From Hemiscyllium ocellatum (lineage: Eukaryota): DNA of 64,000 bases. The stretch spans positions 64,046,001-64,110,000 of the forward strand of contig NC_083417.1 of NCBI RefSeq assembly GCF_020745735.1, written 5' to 3'. The position numbers and the translations under genes were made by a program. Below, piece after piece: positions 13,474 to 26,519 of this stretch. The notes under the pieces were generated by a model that made no database searches, was not told the DNA's origin, and was given only the letters and a program-made list of their open reading frames with translations. The first letter of the stretch is position 1. Each line of letters opens with the position of its first letter.

Positions 13474-16400
13474 AATTGGGGAGTTTTGTACGGGATCAAA
13501 ATCTTTAATTCCAGTTTGGGTTAGTATTATTGGACTCAAAAGACATTGACTGGTGAGTGTTGGTGTTCCCTTTTCGGGTGTTGCATTCAGTTGTTTTAAG
13601 CAGGGCAAGACTTGTGCATAAATTGCTCTTTCAGTCACCGTGAGTGTCGTGGGAGTGGAAGTAGTCACTTTGGGAGGTTTACAGAAAGTGAGCAAGGTAA
13701 AAGCTTTTGGAATTGGCAGACAAGCTGGAGTTGAGGTTGCATTTGTGCAATAAGTGAAGGTAATTGCAGCAACAGCTCGACATTTATGATTTCTGAAAAT
13801 GCTGTGAGAATCTTTGGAAATGGCTAAAATTCAATTGGAAATGAAGCAATTTCAATTCGAGGTAAAAGAAAAGAAAAAGGAAAGGGATATGAAAAAAAAG
13901 AACCATGATGTAAAGTAGAAGCAAATCAGAATGACAAAATAGATCTAGCAGAGGGAGAAGAAAATGCAAGGAAAACTCTGTTATAACAAATGGAGAAAGA
14001 GAGTTTTTGTACTTTGGAGGTTGGAACTGAAAACCCAAAGTCCGCTTAAAATGATGAAGGTGTGGTGAAATTGAGGACTAATTATGCTGACAGTAATGGA
14101 CAGCAATCCCACTGTTGGCAAAGGTCTGTTTAAATATGTTCAAACATAGCCAAGCATTGCTGAAGTGAGTCAAGCGGATATAGAAGTCTTTTCCATTTCA
14201 TTTGAGAAAGTGGCTAAACAAATAAAATAGCTGGTGACCAGAGGGGTATTGTTGACCCAAGCAAGGTTGGTAGGCAGAGCCAGTGAGGTGTTTGCAACAA
14301 TATCGGAGGACATATCTGGGAGTATGACGAGGTGAAAAAAACCCATCATAAGTGCATATGTGCTCGCGCCAGAAACCTACACACAACGTTTTAGGAATCT
14401 GAGGAAGGAACATCGTCAGATGTATATAGAGTTTGAAAGGTTCAAACAACATAACATTGACATATGGATAAAAACATTGAAAATAGATGAAACACATGAT
14501 GCTTTCAGGGAAAAGATTATTTTGGAGGAGTTCAAACATTCACTTCCTGAAGTAGTGAGGTCTCATATTGAAAAGCAGAGAGTTAAAACCACAAGATTAG
14601 CAGCGGAAATGATGGATCAGTGTGAGTTGGTTTATAAATGAAAGTTTGGATTTCGAATTCAATTATAATCTCTCTGGGATAAATTGAGAAAAAAAGATAA
14701 ATTCTTTATTGATTAGCAGAAAGGAGATTGCTGGGGAAAAGACATTTATGATGTGATTAGGTAAGAGTTTGGTGCATAGGATGGGGAAGGAAACTGCAGG
14801 GGGTGGACACAATTGAAATACGGATCTTATTCAAAGAACAGCGACTGCGTGTTATTGATAAGTATGTACCTGTCAGGCATGGAGGAAGTGTCCGAGCGGG
14901 GGTGTCGTGGTTTACTAAAGAAATTGAATCTCTCGTCAAAAGGAAGAAGTAAGCTTATGTTAGGATGAGACTTGAAGGCTCAGTTAGGGCACTTGAGAGT
15001 TATACATTAGCCAGAAAAGACTAAAGAAGAGCCAGGAGGGGACAAGAGAAGTGGTTGCCAGATAGGATCAAGGAAAACCCTAAAGTCTTCTATAGGAATA
15101 TCAGGGATAAACATATGTCTACAGAAAGGTTAGGGCCAATCAAGGATAGTAGCGGTAAGTTGTGCGTGGAGTCTGAGGGGATGGGAAAGCGCTAAATGAA
15201 TGTTTTTCCTCAGTAATCACACTGAAAAAAACAGTGTTTTTGAGGGGAATACTGAGATGCAGTAGATGGGATCAAGGTTCACAAGGAGGAATTCTGGAGA
15301 GTGTGAAAACAGATAAGTCCCCTGGGCTGGATGGGATTTATCCTAGGCTTCTCTGGGAGGCCAGGGAGGAGATTGCAGAGTCTTTGACTTTGACATTTAT
15401 GCCATCATTGTTTACAGAAATAGTGCCAGAAGATTGGAGGATAGCAAATGTTGCCCTTTTGTTCAAGAAAGGGAGTAGAGACAAACATGGTAATTATAGA
15501 TTAGTGAGCTTTACTTTGGTTGTGGGCGAAGTGTTGGAAAAGGTTATAAGAGATAGAATTTATAATTATCTAGAGAGGGATAAGTTGATTATGCATAGCC
15601 AACATGTTGTTGTGAATGGTAGCTCGTGCCTCACAAACCTTATTGAGTTCTTTGAGATGTGACCAAACAGGTGGATGAGAGTAAAGTGGTTGACGTGGTG
15701 TATAGGGATTTCAGTAAGGCATTTGCTAATGTTCCCCACAGTAGGTAATTGCACAAAATGCAGAGGCACAGGATTGAGGGAGATTTAGTGGTTTGGATCA
15801 GAAATTGGCTCGCTGAAAGAAGACAGAGGGTGGTGGTTGATGGGAAACATTCATCCTGGAGTTCAGTTACTAGTGGTGTACTGTAATGATCTTGGGTCCA
15901 CTGCTGTTTGTCATTTTTATAAATGACCTGAATGTGGCCATAGAAGGAAAGTTTGGTAAATTTGCGGATAACACTAAGATTGTTGGAATTGTGCATAGTG
16001 CTGAAGGATGTTGTAGGTTAGATAGGTACATACATAAGCTGCAGAGCTGGGTTGAGAGGTGAAAAATGGAGTTTCATGAAGAAAAGTGTGAGGAGATCCA
16101 CTTTGGAATTAGCAACAGGAATAAAGATTACTGGGCTAATAGAAGAACAGACAGATCTTGGTGTCCATGTGAACAGATCCTTGTCATTTGCCACCCATGT
16201 TGATAGGGTTGTTGAGAAGGCAGATGGTGTGTTAGCTTTTATTGGTAGAGGGACTGCATTTCATAGCCACGCAGTCATGCTGCATCTGTACGAAACACTG
16301 GTGCGGCCGCACTTGGAGTCTTGCATACATTTCTGGTCACCATGTTAGGAAGGATGTGGAAGCTTTGGAAAAGGTTCAGAGGAGATATAATAGGACGTTG

Positions 16401-18127
16401 CCTTGTATGGATGGAAGGTCTTATGAGGAAAGGCTGAGGAACTTCAGGCTGTTTTCTTTTGCGAGACGAAGGGTGAGAGGTGATATAATTGAGACATACA
16501 CAATCATCAGAAGTTTAGATAGGTGGACAGTGAGAGCCTTTATCCTTGGATGGCGATGGTTAGCATGAGGGGACATAGCTATAAATTGAGAGGTGGACAG
16601 ATACAGGGCAGATGTCAGAGGTAGTTTCTTTATTCAGAGAATAGATGGGGCATGGAACGCATTTTCTGCAAGAGTAGTAGGCTTGCCGACTTTAAGGGCA
16701 TTTAAATGCTCATTGGATAAACATATGGATGAAAATGGAATAGTGTAGGATAGTAAGCTTCAGATTGGTTTCATAGGTCTGTGCAACATCGAGGGCAGAA
16801 TGGCCTGTACTGCACAATAATGTTCTGTGTTCGATGTTGGACGTGGAATTCATTGAAGATAGCTTATCATAGGGTTGAAAATGAAGCCCATGAGAGGAAA
16901 AGAGAAGTAAAAAAGAGGTCACTTAAAAAATAGGTAGGCCACATGAAATTGCAGTGCTGGTGGTTTAGGAAAAGTGTTGGAAAGACAGATGTGGGAAAAC
17001 CAGGTAAGCCAATTAGTTTTGTTCAAGTGGTAAATGGAAGCTAAAATGCTGCAAAAAAGAAGTACAATCGGATCAGAAATTGGTTGAGACGATAGCTGCA
17101 GGTCTCTTTAACAAAGTTACTAAAGTGGGTAAGGTTTATTCATTTGCGCCTGGAAGAGCAGGTAAAGAAATTAAAATTTTAAGAGATACACTTTGATGTA
17201 ATCTTTGATAGAGAGAGAGGAGATATGTAATTTAGAAGAAGTTTTGCCAGAAAAAGTGGTAATATATGGAATTCATGGTGAGCAGAATGGTTTTCCATTA
17301 TGTAAAATCAACTTGCAGAGTCCGCTGAAAAGCGGTGAAGTGGTAGTAAGAAATTCTCTGTTCTGCAAATACAGCTTATATCATAATATAACAGCATCGC
17401 AATTGGAGAAGTTGCCTACTGTGGTTGAAAAGCCAGTGGAAAATCAAGAAAACTAAGATATTACAGGAAGGAAATCCCAGGAGTTTTCCTGACTATATAG
17501 TAACAAGGTCACAAAGCTATAGATGGAAACAGAAGGTGAAAACAAAGAATAAAGATAAGGAAGTTGAAGTTCAATTATCTGAAACCTTGTTGATCAAATG
17601 GTTGAGAAATAAACATGGATGGGGAGCGTATAAAGTGGATATTTTTATTTCAGAGAAATTAGCTGAATTACAACAGAAAAAAAGAAAACTCAAGTAGTTG
17701 TATCAAAAAACATTCACCGAGGAAGAATCTGCTTGTATTCCATCATGTTACTATTTTTTTAAAAATGAAGTCTTAATGAGGAAATGGAAACCATCATATA
17801 TTAAGCTAGATGAAAAATGGGCAGATTATCTTCAAATTGTGTTACTGGTGGGTGATAGAAAGGAGGTGTTGCAGGTCTCAGATGAGTTACTGGCAGGAGG
17901 TCATTTAGAGGTCAAAAAACTTAAACCAAAATATAAAAACATTTATATTAGCCTGAAGTGCATAAGGATGTGGCTGACCTTTGCTGAGCATGTCATATGT
18001 ATCTAGCAATTGGCAAACCTCAGGGAGTGATAAAACAACATCAGTCTTAATTAACTGCACAGTGTCCCTGCATAAAACAGATGGAAATCAGTATTTGTTG
18101 ACCAAAATGCCACACATCTCTCCATGC
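13474..18127 (+). mobile_element. Gmr1-like Ty3/gypsy internal region (gag, protease, integrase start), interrupted by a CR1
   Basis: gag ORF 14360-14641 (PETYTQRFRN...IILEEFK...AAEMMD); zinc-knuckle remnant GHMKLQCW near 16936; protease KILRDT near 17171; integrase zinc-binding remnant GGHL...C near 17897-18010. Confidence 0.8.
14795..16836 (+). mobile_element. 5'-truncated CR1 LINE nested in the gypsy gag region
   Basis: ORF pieces KSPGLDGIYPRLL, YRLVSFT, FADNTK and LVRPHLE; tgttct(g/a)tgtt-type tail ending near 16836. Confidence 0.92.
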
Positions 18128-18265
18128 NNNNNNNNNNNNNNNNNNNNNNNNNNNNNNNNNNNNNNNNNNNNNNNNNNNNNNNNNNNNNNNNNNNNNNNNN
18201 NNNNNNNNNNNNNNNNNNNNNNNNNNNNNNNNNNNNNNNNNNNNNNNNNNNNNNNNNNNNNNNNN
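18128..18265. other. Assembly gap (138 N)
   Basis: Run of n. Confidence 1.
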
Positions 18266-18562
18266 TATGAAATGTTACTATAAAATGTTAGTATAATGAA
18301 CAGTTGCTGTTTAGTAATTAAATGATCAATTATTCTGTTAAGCTTTTCAACGGAGTTAAGTGATTCAAATTGTGTTTATTTCGTTTATATTTTAAATGCA
18401 GTGTATGACTAAATGTGTTTTCCTTCAAGCCTGGGAGTTTGGTCAAATAAAATGCGTCCAGAACACAATGCCTTACATTTGCCTTCAAAAATAACAAAAG
18501 GCTGAGATCAAGGCTATCATCTTAAGTTCTTTTAAGGAAGCTTGTTCTGGTCCATAATAACA
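18266..18562 (+). mobile_element. 3' part of a gypsy LTR
   Basis: Ends TAACA; ttgctgtttagtaattaaatgatcaattattctg nearly matches 13215-13248. Confidence 0.6.
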
Positions 18563-20379
18563 GTGTGCTGGACAGATGTAATGCAACATTCACAGCCTCC
18601 TCCTCTGAAGGGTTGCACTGGTGTTGATCCCCTCTGGTTTTCCGCCATAGGCGGAAGTCCTTTACTGGCATCCCGAGATCACCCGTATTCCTGCCATTAC
18701 TTGTTTCATGTGTGCATCATGCATCACTGAAAAGACAAATGAGAAAGGTATATGTCCACAATTATTACAGCTGTTTATATGTTGGGCGATCCACACCTGG
18801 TTCACCCTTTGTAGTAACCTGAAGTACTGCGATACTAGCCAACCTCCGTCGCCCAATTTTGCATTTGTGTTATCATTGTCAAAATAGGCACAAAATATCC
18901 TATTCATCCCCACTCATTTTCTTTTTGAGCTCTATTCTGCAGCAACCCAGAATGTGGCACGCAGAGCACATAATCCTGCATCATGTGTAATGCCCGTAAG
19001 TTGCAATTAAATAAAGGTATCAAGCAGAGAACATGAACATTGGCACATTAGTTCTACTCGCAAATGTTGTTTTATTAAGATTTACAAAGAGAAAGAGTAA
19101 AGAAAATTTACAGCCTTCGGCCCTCCAAGCCTGAGCCGATTCAAATCCACTGTCTAAGCCTATCACCCAATTCTAAAGCATCTGTATCCCTTTGCTCTGC
19201 TAAGCTCACATTGTTTTCTCAATCCACACAATCTTCTCTGGTGTAGTAATGTTAGCTGGCATGACAGCATTCAATGAAAAGGAGTGTATTGAATCACGTT
19301 GTTGGAACTATTAATGAAATCTTCAAATTGACAAATTGTTGAAAATGAAAGCAAATGCATGCATGAACAGCATAAGCAAGGATTTAGTCAAACGGCATTA
19401 CTGTCCAGAAACCTGACGTAAAATTTAATGTTTATTTATTGAACTAGTTTTAAGATATCGAGACTGAGAGCTAACCTTTGTTTTCATTTCGTTTTGGTCT
19501 TCACGTTAACATTTTCAAATTCAGTGTGTTCCTGTAAAATTGAACTTTGCACCTAATGATAAAAAAAAGACATACTTTAATAAAATGAGCAAAGGGTGTC
19601 AATAACACGCAAGATAATATACACGATAATTCTTTGCCAAAGCAGAATAATGTTTGAGTAACATTTTTGGCCAACGTTATTTTTTAAGTGGATACTCTTA
19701 AATGAACTACCGATTTTGCACACTAGAATGTTAAATTTGTATTGAATGTTTGCAATGACATGACCATTGTTTCGCAATGTGAAGAAAATGACTACGTGCT
19801 GGCAATGTGATATTTCACGGTCCTTTCAGACAGATGCGAAAGTTATTTTTGTTCAGGAAGCTTCAATTGCATTAGTGCAGATGCTAATATTAAAACCCTG
19901 AGCAAAACACAAAACAAAATATGCTGCTTATAATCACATATTTCTATCCTGAAAATATGTGAATTGTGTTTGATGTGCAATGTTGCACTCACTAAGAGAA
20001 CATGTGCTCAGAGCCTGAGAGAAACAGACCACGAACCTATTGTTTTTGAAGAGAAGTCACAAAAGATGGGGTGATGCAGTGGTTTATATTGTAATCCAAT
20101 TTAGACACAATCAAATTGCAGCATAGCGCCATATCAATTTGCATTCAAATTAAAAGTAACCTCAACCCACACCACCTCCACCACCCCCGTTCAGTACAGG
20201 GCACCTGTTATGCTGTGGGGAAAAATATTCGGGGAGCCTTGAAATGCTGTTGAAAGTGTACAAATTTGTTTTCAGTAAAGTAATTATAAATAAATAAGGA
20301 ACATAAAATCAAATAATACAATATTCTGTAGATAGCTAAAAAGGACAAATATATGATTCGCAAAGAGAACTGGGTGCGC

Positions 20380-21500
20380 TTGCAGACAGAAATCAGACAA
20401 CGTGTAATAGCAAATTAGGAATAGATGGAGAAACTTGTGACTATCTTTATGGAGGAAAATACAAGAAATGTCCCAAATAAAATAGAAACCGACAATGTGT
20501 TACTGAAATAAATTAATATTGGTAAGGACGTGGTGTTGGGAAAAAGAATGAGACTGAAATTTGATAAGTCCCAAAGACCCAATTATGTACTTCTAGGGTG
20601 TTCAAATAGGTCCCTTTATTGATGGAGGATGAATTTCTTGTGTTATACATCAGACCAGGTCTCCTCAAAATACTTTAAGAAGTTAACCTAGACCCTGACT
20701 TTCTCTTATTTTGAAGGTAGATATGAAGTGAATGCTCCAGATGTGATGCAACTGGTCAAACCACGCTGCTTTAAGCAAAACGTTTTTTTAAAAAAACATT
20801 ATAGTTGAAACATGAACAAAAGAAAGTGGAATTTAAAATAACTTACCTATTGGAAAACTTAACCTACCCGATGAAGCAACTTTACTAATTAACTGTTCTT
20901 ATATTCTAACATCCTATAAACAAGCTTCTTGGCAAAAAGGTAAATTTAGATCCAGATTCTTACAGACTGGAGGGAATAACATCAGAGAGATTTTAGAGAA
21001 TGTCAGTTAAGAATCCTTTACTGAAGCCTTGAGTCCCCCTTTGGTAGTCAAAACATGTTCTGACTTCCACAGCTAAAAGAAATAGAAAGCACTGAACCGG
21101 GAAAACTGGACAACCCTTTCCATTGTTAAACGCTTCTAAATTCCTAGTGACAGCATTGTCACACTTGTAATGTTTAAGGTCACGTTGATTCTGGAATAAC
21201 TCTTCCAGATTAGATGATTGCAAATAAAACTCTACTGTTTAAGAAAGGAGGAAAGAAGAAGTGGGAAACTGCAACTCTGTTAGCCTGATGTCAATAGTAT
21301 GGAAAAATCGAGAAGCTAACATGGAAGATATGAAATTTGGCACTTAGAGTGCAATGATACGAGTGATTACATGGTTTGACAAACCTATTAGACAATATCA
21401 CAGTGTGCACAAAGGGGATGAGGTGTATAAAGATTTTCAAAAAGCCTTCGATAAGCTCCCATACAAGAGGCTGGGTAACAATATTACACCAGATTAGAAA
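20380..21500 (+). mobile_element. Degraded CR1 ORF2 fragments (about 20380-20620 and 21230-21500)
   Basis: Remnants of the DKSP.PD, LFKKG...N..PVSL and DF.KAFDK.P motifs. Confidence 0.55.
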
Positions 21501-21765
21501 AGTGCCAAATGCTCATAAAAATAGCCATCTGCTTAACCGTAAGACAATAGACATAAACAGGCCATTGCCGGATTGGCAGACTGTGCCCCTCCACAATTTG
21601 TGCTATATTCAGAATGCCGCTAACACTGACGACCAAGGAGATTCTCACTCTATCCCTCCAAATTTGCTCACAAAGCTAATAATCACTTACCGCAATTATT
21701 TCCGGACTAGTTTAAGAATGAAAAAAAAAGCATGAGATGAATGTGGCATTTACTGGCAGGATTGA

Positions 21766-22066
21766 GGGTGGCACGGTGGCTCAGTGGTCAGCACGGCTGC
21801 CTCACAGTCTCAGGGACTTGAGTCCGATTCTAGCCTTGGGCGATTGACTGTTTAGGATTTGCAGATATTCATGTGAGTTTCCAGTAGGTGCTCCAGTTAC
21901 CTCCCACAGTGGGAAGATGTGCAGGTTAGGTAGATTGATCATGTTACAATGCCCACATTGTTCAGAAATGAGAGGGTTGCATGGAGTGAGTCTGGGTGGG
22001 ATGGGTTTTGGAGGATGGATGTGGATTTGTTGGGCCAAATGGCATGCTTCTACACCGTAAGGATTC
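21766..22066 (+). mobile_element. tRNA-derived shark SINE, older full-length copy
   Basis: 5' gggtggcacggtggctcagtgg (A box); body colinear with 51811-52091. Confidence 0.8.
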
Positions 22067-23779
22067 CAACCCAGGAGAGAAGGCGATGTTTTCATTTCTG
22101 TGCGAATATAGCAAACGGAGCCATAAGTTATGGATAAACTGCATATTGCATCAGAATTATGTAGCCTGCAAAGTTATTTGATTTGGGCATTTACATATTG
22201 CAGATCAGAGAATAAAGTTCAAGTAAACATCTCGGTAGGAGCTCCATAGAAAAAACAATTTTTAGGCGAAGATAAACAAGTGGAAGTTGAAGTTGAGCTT
22301 TTGAGGGAAAGTCCTTCGCAATTTTAACCTATAGCGATCCAAGGAAGTTACAAGCCTACTCAGCTTTAGTCTTATATGAGAATTTGTATTGAGTACTCGC
22401 AAGCTAAGGTCAAACTGTGGAACAGATACATGAAATAAATTTATTATTAGTCAATACATTTCCAAGATGGCTGTTTAAAACTACATGGAGTCTGATATTA
22501 TTATTGTGACCGAAAACCTGCTACCATTCATTTTTTAAAAATGACATTCTAGAACGTGTACGAATTCGGCAGACCAGTATCCAGCAGTTTGGTGATTTCT
22601 TGAAGTTTTTGGTCAGAGTGGCGTTGCAATGCATGCATTTATATATCTTTGCGAAGCGTCATTTTCAGAGTAGTTTGTTTATATTATATGGAAATGCATA
22701 TTGGAAAGAATCGGGGACCAGCAAAGTTCCTTAAACCTTGCACATTTCATTTTTATCACGTTATTTCAATTAGTTTTCTTATTCCTTTTATTGCATCTTG
22801 CCCGCTTTCTTCTCCATGTTTTAGATCAGACAATTTAACAAACTTGAAATGCACTTTCTGACAGCAACTTATTATAAAACCACTTGAATGAACAATTAAT
22901 TCGGATAGGCTGACATAGTCTTCCACTTGTATATTTTCTGCAATACTCGTATAGTTGGAATGAAGAAAGTACCCGAACAATTAAAGGTCAAATTAGCTCA
23001 GTGACCAAGAATTTTTCTGTCTGAAAGATTGTTTCCAATGGGATTCCGCAGGATTCAAAACCGAGCATCTTATTTTTGGTAAAGATCAATTAATTAGATT
23101 TTCATGTAAAACATGATTAAGACCTTTGCAGATGCTAATAAAAAATCATGCGTTTCATTAAGTTACTTTAAACTTCCGTTATTGACAAAAATAATGTTTA
23201 TTAATTCAACAAATTCCATTTGCAATATCTATTCACGTTCCAACTTCGTCTCTTCTTTGAGTGCTGATGTTTCCTGAAGGACTCCAAAACCGCCTAATAG
23301 GAAATTAGCCGTGTCTAAAAAAAAACAACGACGTTGAGCTGTCATTACCAAAACAATGAGAGTGGAAATTTTAAATGAAAATCCTGTAAAAACAATTCAG
23401 TCAATTCTTAGTTTACTTTTTGTATTTGCAGGATGCCATAAATCAAACTGTATGAGTATTGCCTAGTCAACTGAAGGTCCCTGAATTTGCTCCCGTCCTT
23501 TTCCTGATTTGTTTTCGAAACTAAAATGCCCCCAAAATCTTGACTTAACAGCATTCTGGGAGCCATTTAATCATTTCAACTGCAGAGTTTGTAACGAAAT
23601 TTCCCGTTCACCTTTTCAAGATCAACTCGGAATAAGTGATTACATAATGTTCTACACCCCCATCAACAAGTTTAATTATACACATTTGATCCGCCTTCAA
23701 TTACCGTCTACCCCTGCCTGCACACTCACTTATGCTTCGGTGCTCAATGTTTCACTAAACCTTGTGAGATACCTGTCTT

Positions 23780-24180
23780 CAAACAGGACTAAAGAAGTAT
23801 TGCTGCAAATGTGTAGAACCTTTGTCAGACCGCACATATAGTATTGCGCACAGTTTTGGCCTCCCTACTGAAGAAGGATATAGTTGTCACAGAAAGGGTA
23901 CAATGAAAGTTCACCAGACTGTACCCGAGGAGGTATGTTTGCCCTGTGAGACAGAGATGGAGGAGACTCGTAATACATAGTCAAGAGCTTTGAATAATTA
24001 TGAATTATATAATTGAAGTATACAAAATTCTTTCTGAGCCGAAAGGGTACTTGTTGCAAGGATGTGGCTGGAACCAGGAACACCACCTCAGAATAAGAGA
24101 CATGTCGGTTAGGAATGACATAAGAAGGAATTTCTTCGTACAGAGGATGTCAAAAATCTAGAGTTCCTTTCACTGGAAAA
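23780..24180 (+). mobile_element. CR1 3' fragment
   Basis: LLQMCRTFVRPHI / C.QFW.P motif and 3' UTR-like sequence. Confidence 0.6.
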
Positions 24181-25189
24181 CAGAACATCTCCCGTCTTTA
24201 TTTCTGGTCAAATACGTACTTAACTGTTGACATTTTATCCTTTGTATGCTGATGCCAGTGATATTCCGTTGTGCCATTTTGTTGGGCATGGATACCTTTT
24301 CGAGGTTAACGCTCCCTTCTCGTTTGGGATGTTATCAAAAGTTTCCTAATTGATTCATAACAATCACTCTATGAGCTGCCCCCACATTGACACAAGTAAA
24401 TGTTGCCCTCACCCACCCACCCCCCTCCCCACCACCCCAATTCCCAGAACCTGCTTCATTTTGCAAGATTTGTGAAGGTTCATATTCTTTGCTGAAGTTC
24501 TACGTTTTGTGTAACTCGAGCTGAACCAAGTCGACCAGTGAGGACTAATGATGGGAAACGTTGAATCAAAGAGTGACGGAGCAGCAGAGGAGAGAAGTCA
24601 ATTACTAGGGCGAATAAAGCACACAAACCGTAATTGTGGTACAAGGAGTATTGGCCACAGCCAGTCTATAGGTAAATACGTAATTTGAATTTAGCATAAT
24701 TAACTTAAACCAGAACAAGTAAATAAATTAGTATGAAAAAATGTTGAGGTAAGGGCAATTTAATTAGAGTCATAGAATCATGGAGCACTGAACAGGGTCC
24801 TCCAGTCCAACTCGTCCATGACAGCTACCCTTACCAAACTGACTTAATCCCGTTTACCCGTGTTTGGTTTATATCTCTTTAAACCCTGACTGTCCATGCA
24901 CCTGCAGATGTACTACGTAATGCAAATGTAATCCATGTATTCGTTGAGATTTCCCCTCCTAATTGACAACGGTTACCTAAATTTCAGATTTTCATTGAAT
25001 CCAAACACCACCAGTTGCTATGGTGGGATTCAAGCCTGGGTCTCCAGAACAGTACCTAGGTTTCTGTGTTAATAGTCCAGCCATAATACCGCTAGGCCAT
25101 CCCTTTCCCTTATGCCAAACATTCTAAGTTTGACCTTCCAAGAATCAGGTTGAATAAGATGCAGGTATTTAAATGTTAGTAGCATCATG

Positions 25190-26110
25190 TGTTACCTTCT
25201 AGAGAATTATTAAAATATTTTTTGACAGCTCTTACACAATAATAAATCATTTTTTGGGACTAAGTCAGGAAACATTTTTGCCTGTTCACTATATTAATGT
25301 AGGAGTTGTGCTACCTACCAAGAACACCATCACAGACTCAATCCAGAGAGATTATGTCAAGTGAGGGAAGAGATTCAATTCATGATAGATAATGATACTA
25401 CGGAGCTCCCCGGACCTGACTGTGCTGAGATGAATGGATCACAATCATTCTGTACTAGCACAAAGTTAACACATTACTGAAAGTAGACTCGTATCTTATT
25501 CAAAGATTGGAACTCTGCAATGAACATTTTGGACACACTTATTAATTGACTTCCTAGAGGCATAGTACCATGCTTCATTGAGCGATAAAGAAAAGCAATA
25601 CTGGGTTTTGTAACACTGGCTGGATTCTAACAATGCACAAACATCCCAGTCAGAATTAAAAATCTACCAGCAACCTTCCAATGATTAGCCAATGAAGTCG
25701 TTCAAGTAATATGTAACCGCATTATGTAGACTGATGTTTTCATTTTCTCCCATCAAACCCCCTGGGAAGGATATTTACAGCACTTAATTGAACTGCATGA
25801 AAGTTACAACAAAAACTTATAAATATGGCTATTAATGAATTTTCCAGAGCAAAAGTTACATATTTGGTCCACGCAGTGGGACAAGGCCATGTAGCTTCGA
25901 GAGAAGAATAAAGAATCGCTGTTTTGAATTTTCACTGGCCTAAGCAAAAAACATAAAACCAGATTATGTTAATTAAGTAGGTTTAATAACATTTTTCCTG
26001 AATTTGTTCAGCCACCAGAAAAGAACTACCTGCCAAGTCAAAAACAGCCACAAGTGAAGAACAGAGAGCAATCACGTAGTAATGACAAGGAAACATATAA
26101 TTCGATCTGA
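25190..26110 (+). mobile_element. Ty3/gypsy reverse transcriptase remnant
   Basis: Frameshifted motifs HRLNP...VREEIQFMIDND, HKVN...KVDSY.I.RLE.C, and a YVD-D-like site near 25723. Confidence 0.7.
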
Positions 26111-26519
26111 CACTCTCAGACACTCTTCAGATATTTGGAGATACTGAGATCAGCATGCGCTATGTTGCTGGTTAGAAGAACGCAATCAATTTCCTCAACA
26201 TCAACCATCCCAAGTACAAAATACAACCCACATTTTTCAATGTTAAACAACATAAGTGATATCAACGACAATATTATATATTTAAGAGATCGCTCTGCTA
26301 TATGGGCCCAATGACAATAAAAACACATTAAAATTTCTTTGCATTGTTTACTGATGTAAAGAAACACGTGAAGGAATGTAACCAACAGCAGAATTTTCAA
26401 GCTATGCAGCGTGCTTTATAACTATGGAAACATTTTTACACTGATCAAAAACAATTGTTATAACCCTGTGAGAGCAGATTTCACTAAGAGCATTTGGCAA
26501 TCATCAATATCTGAGGTTA

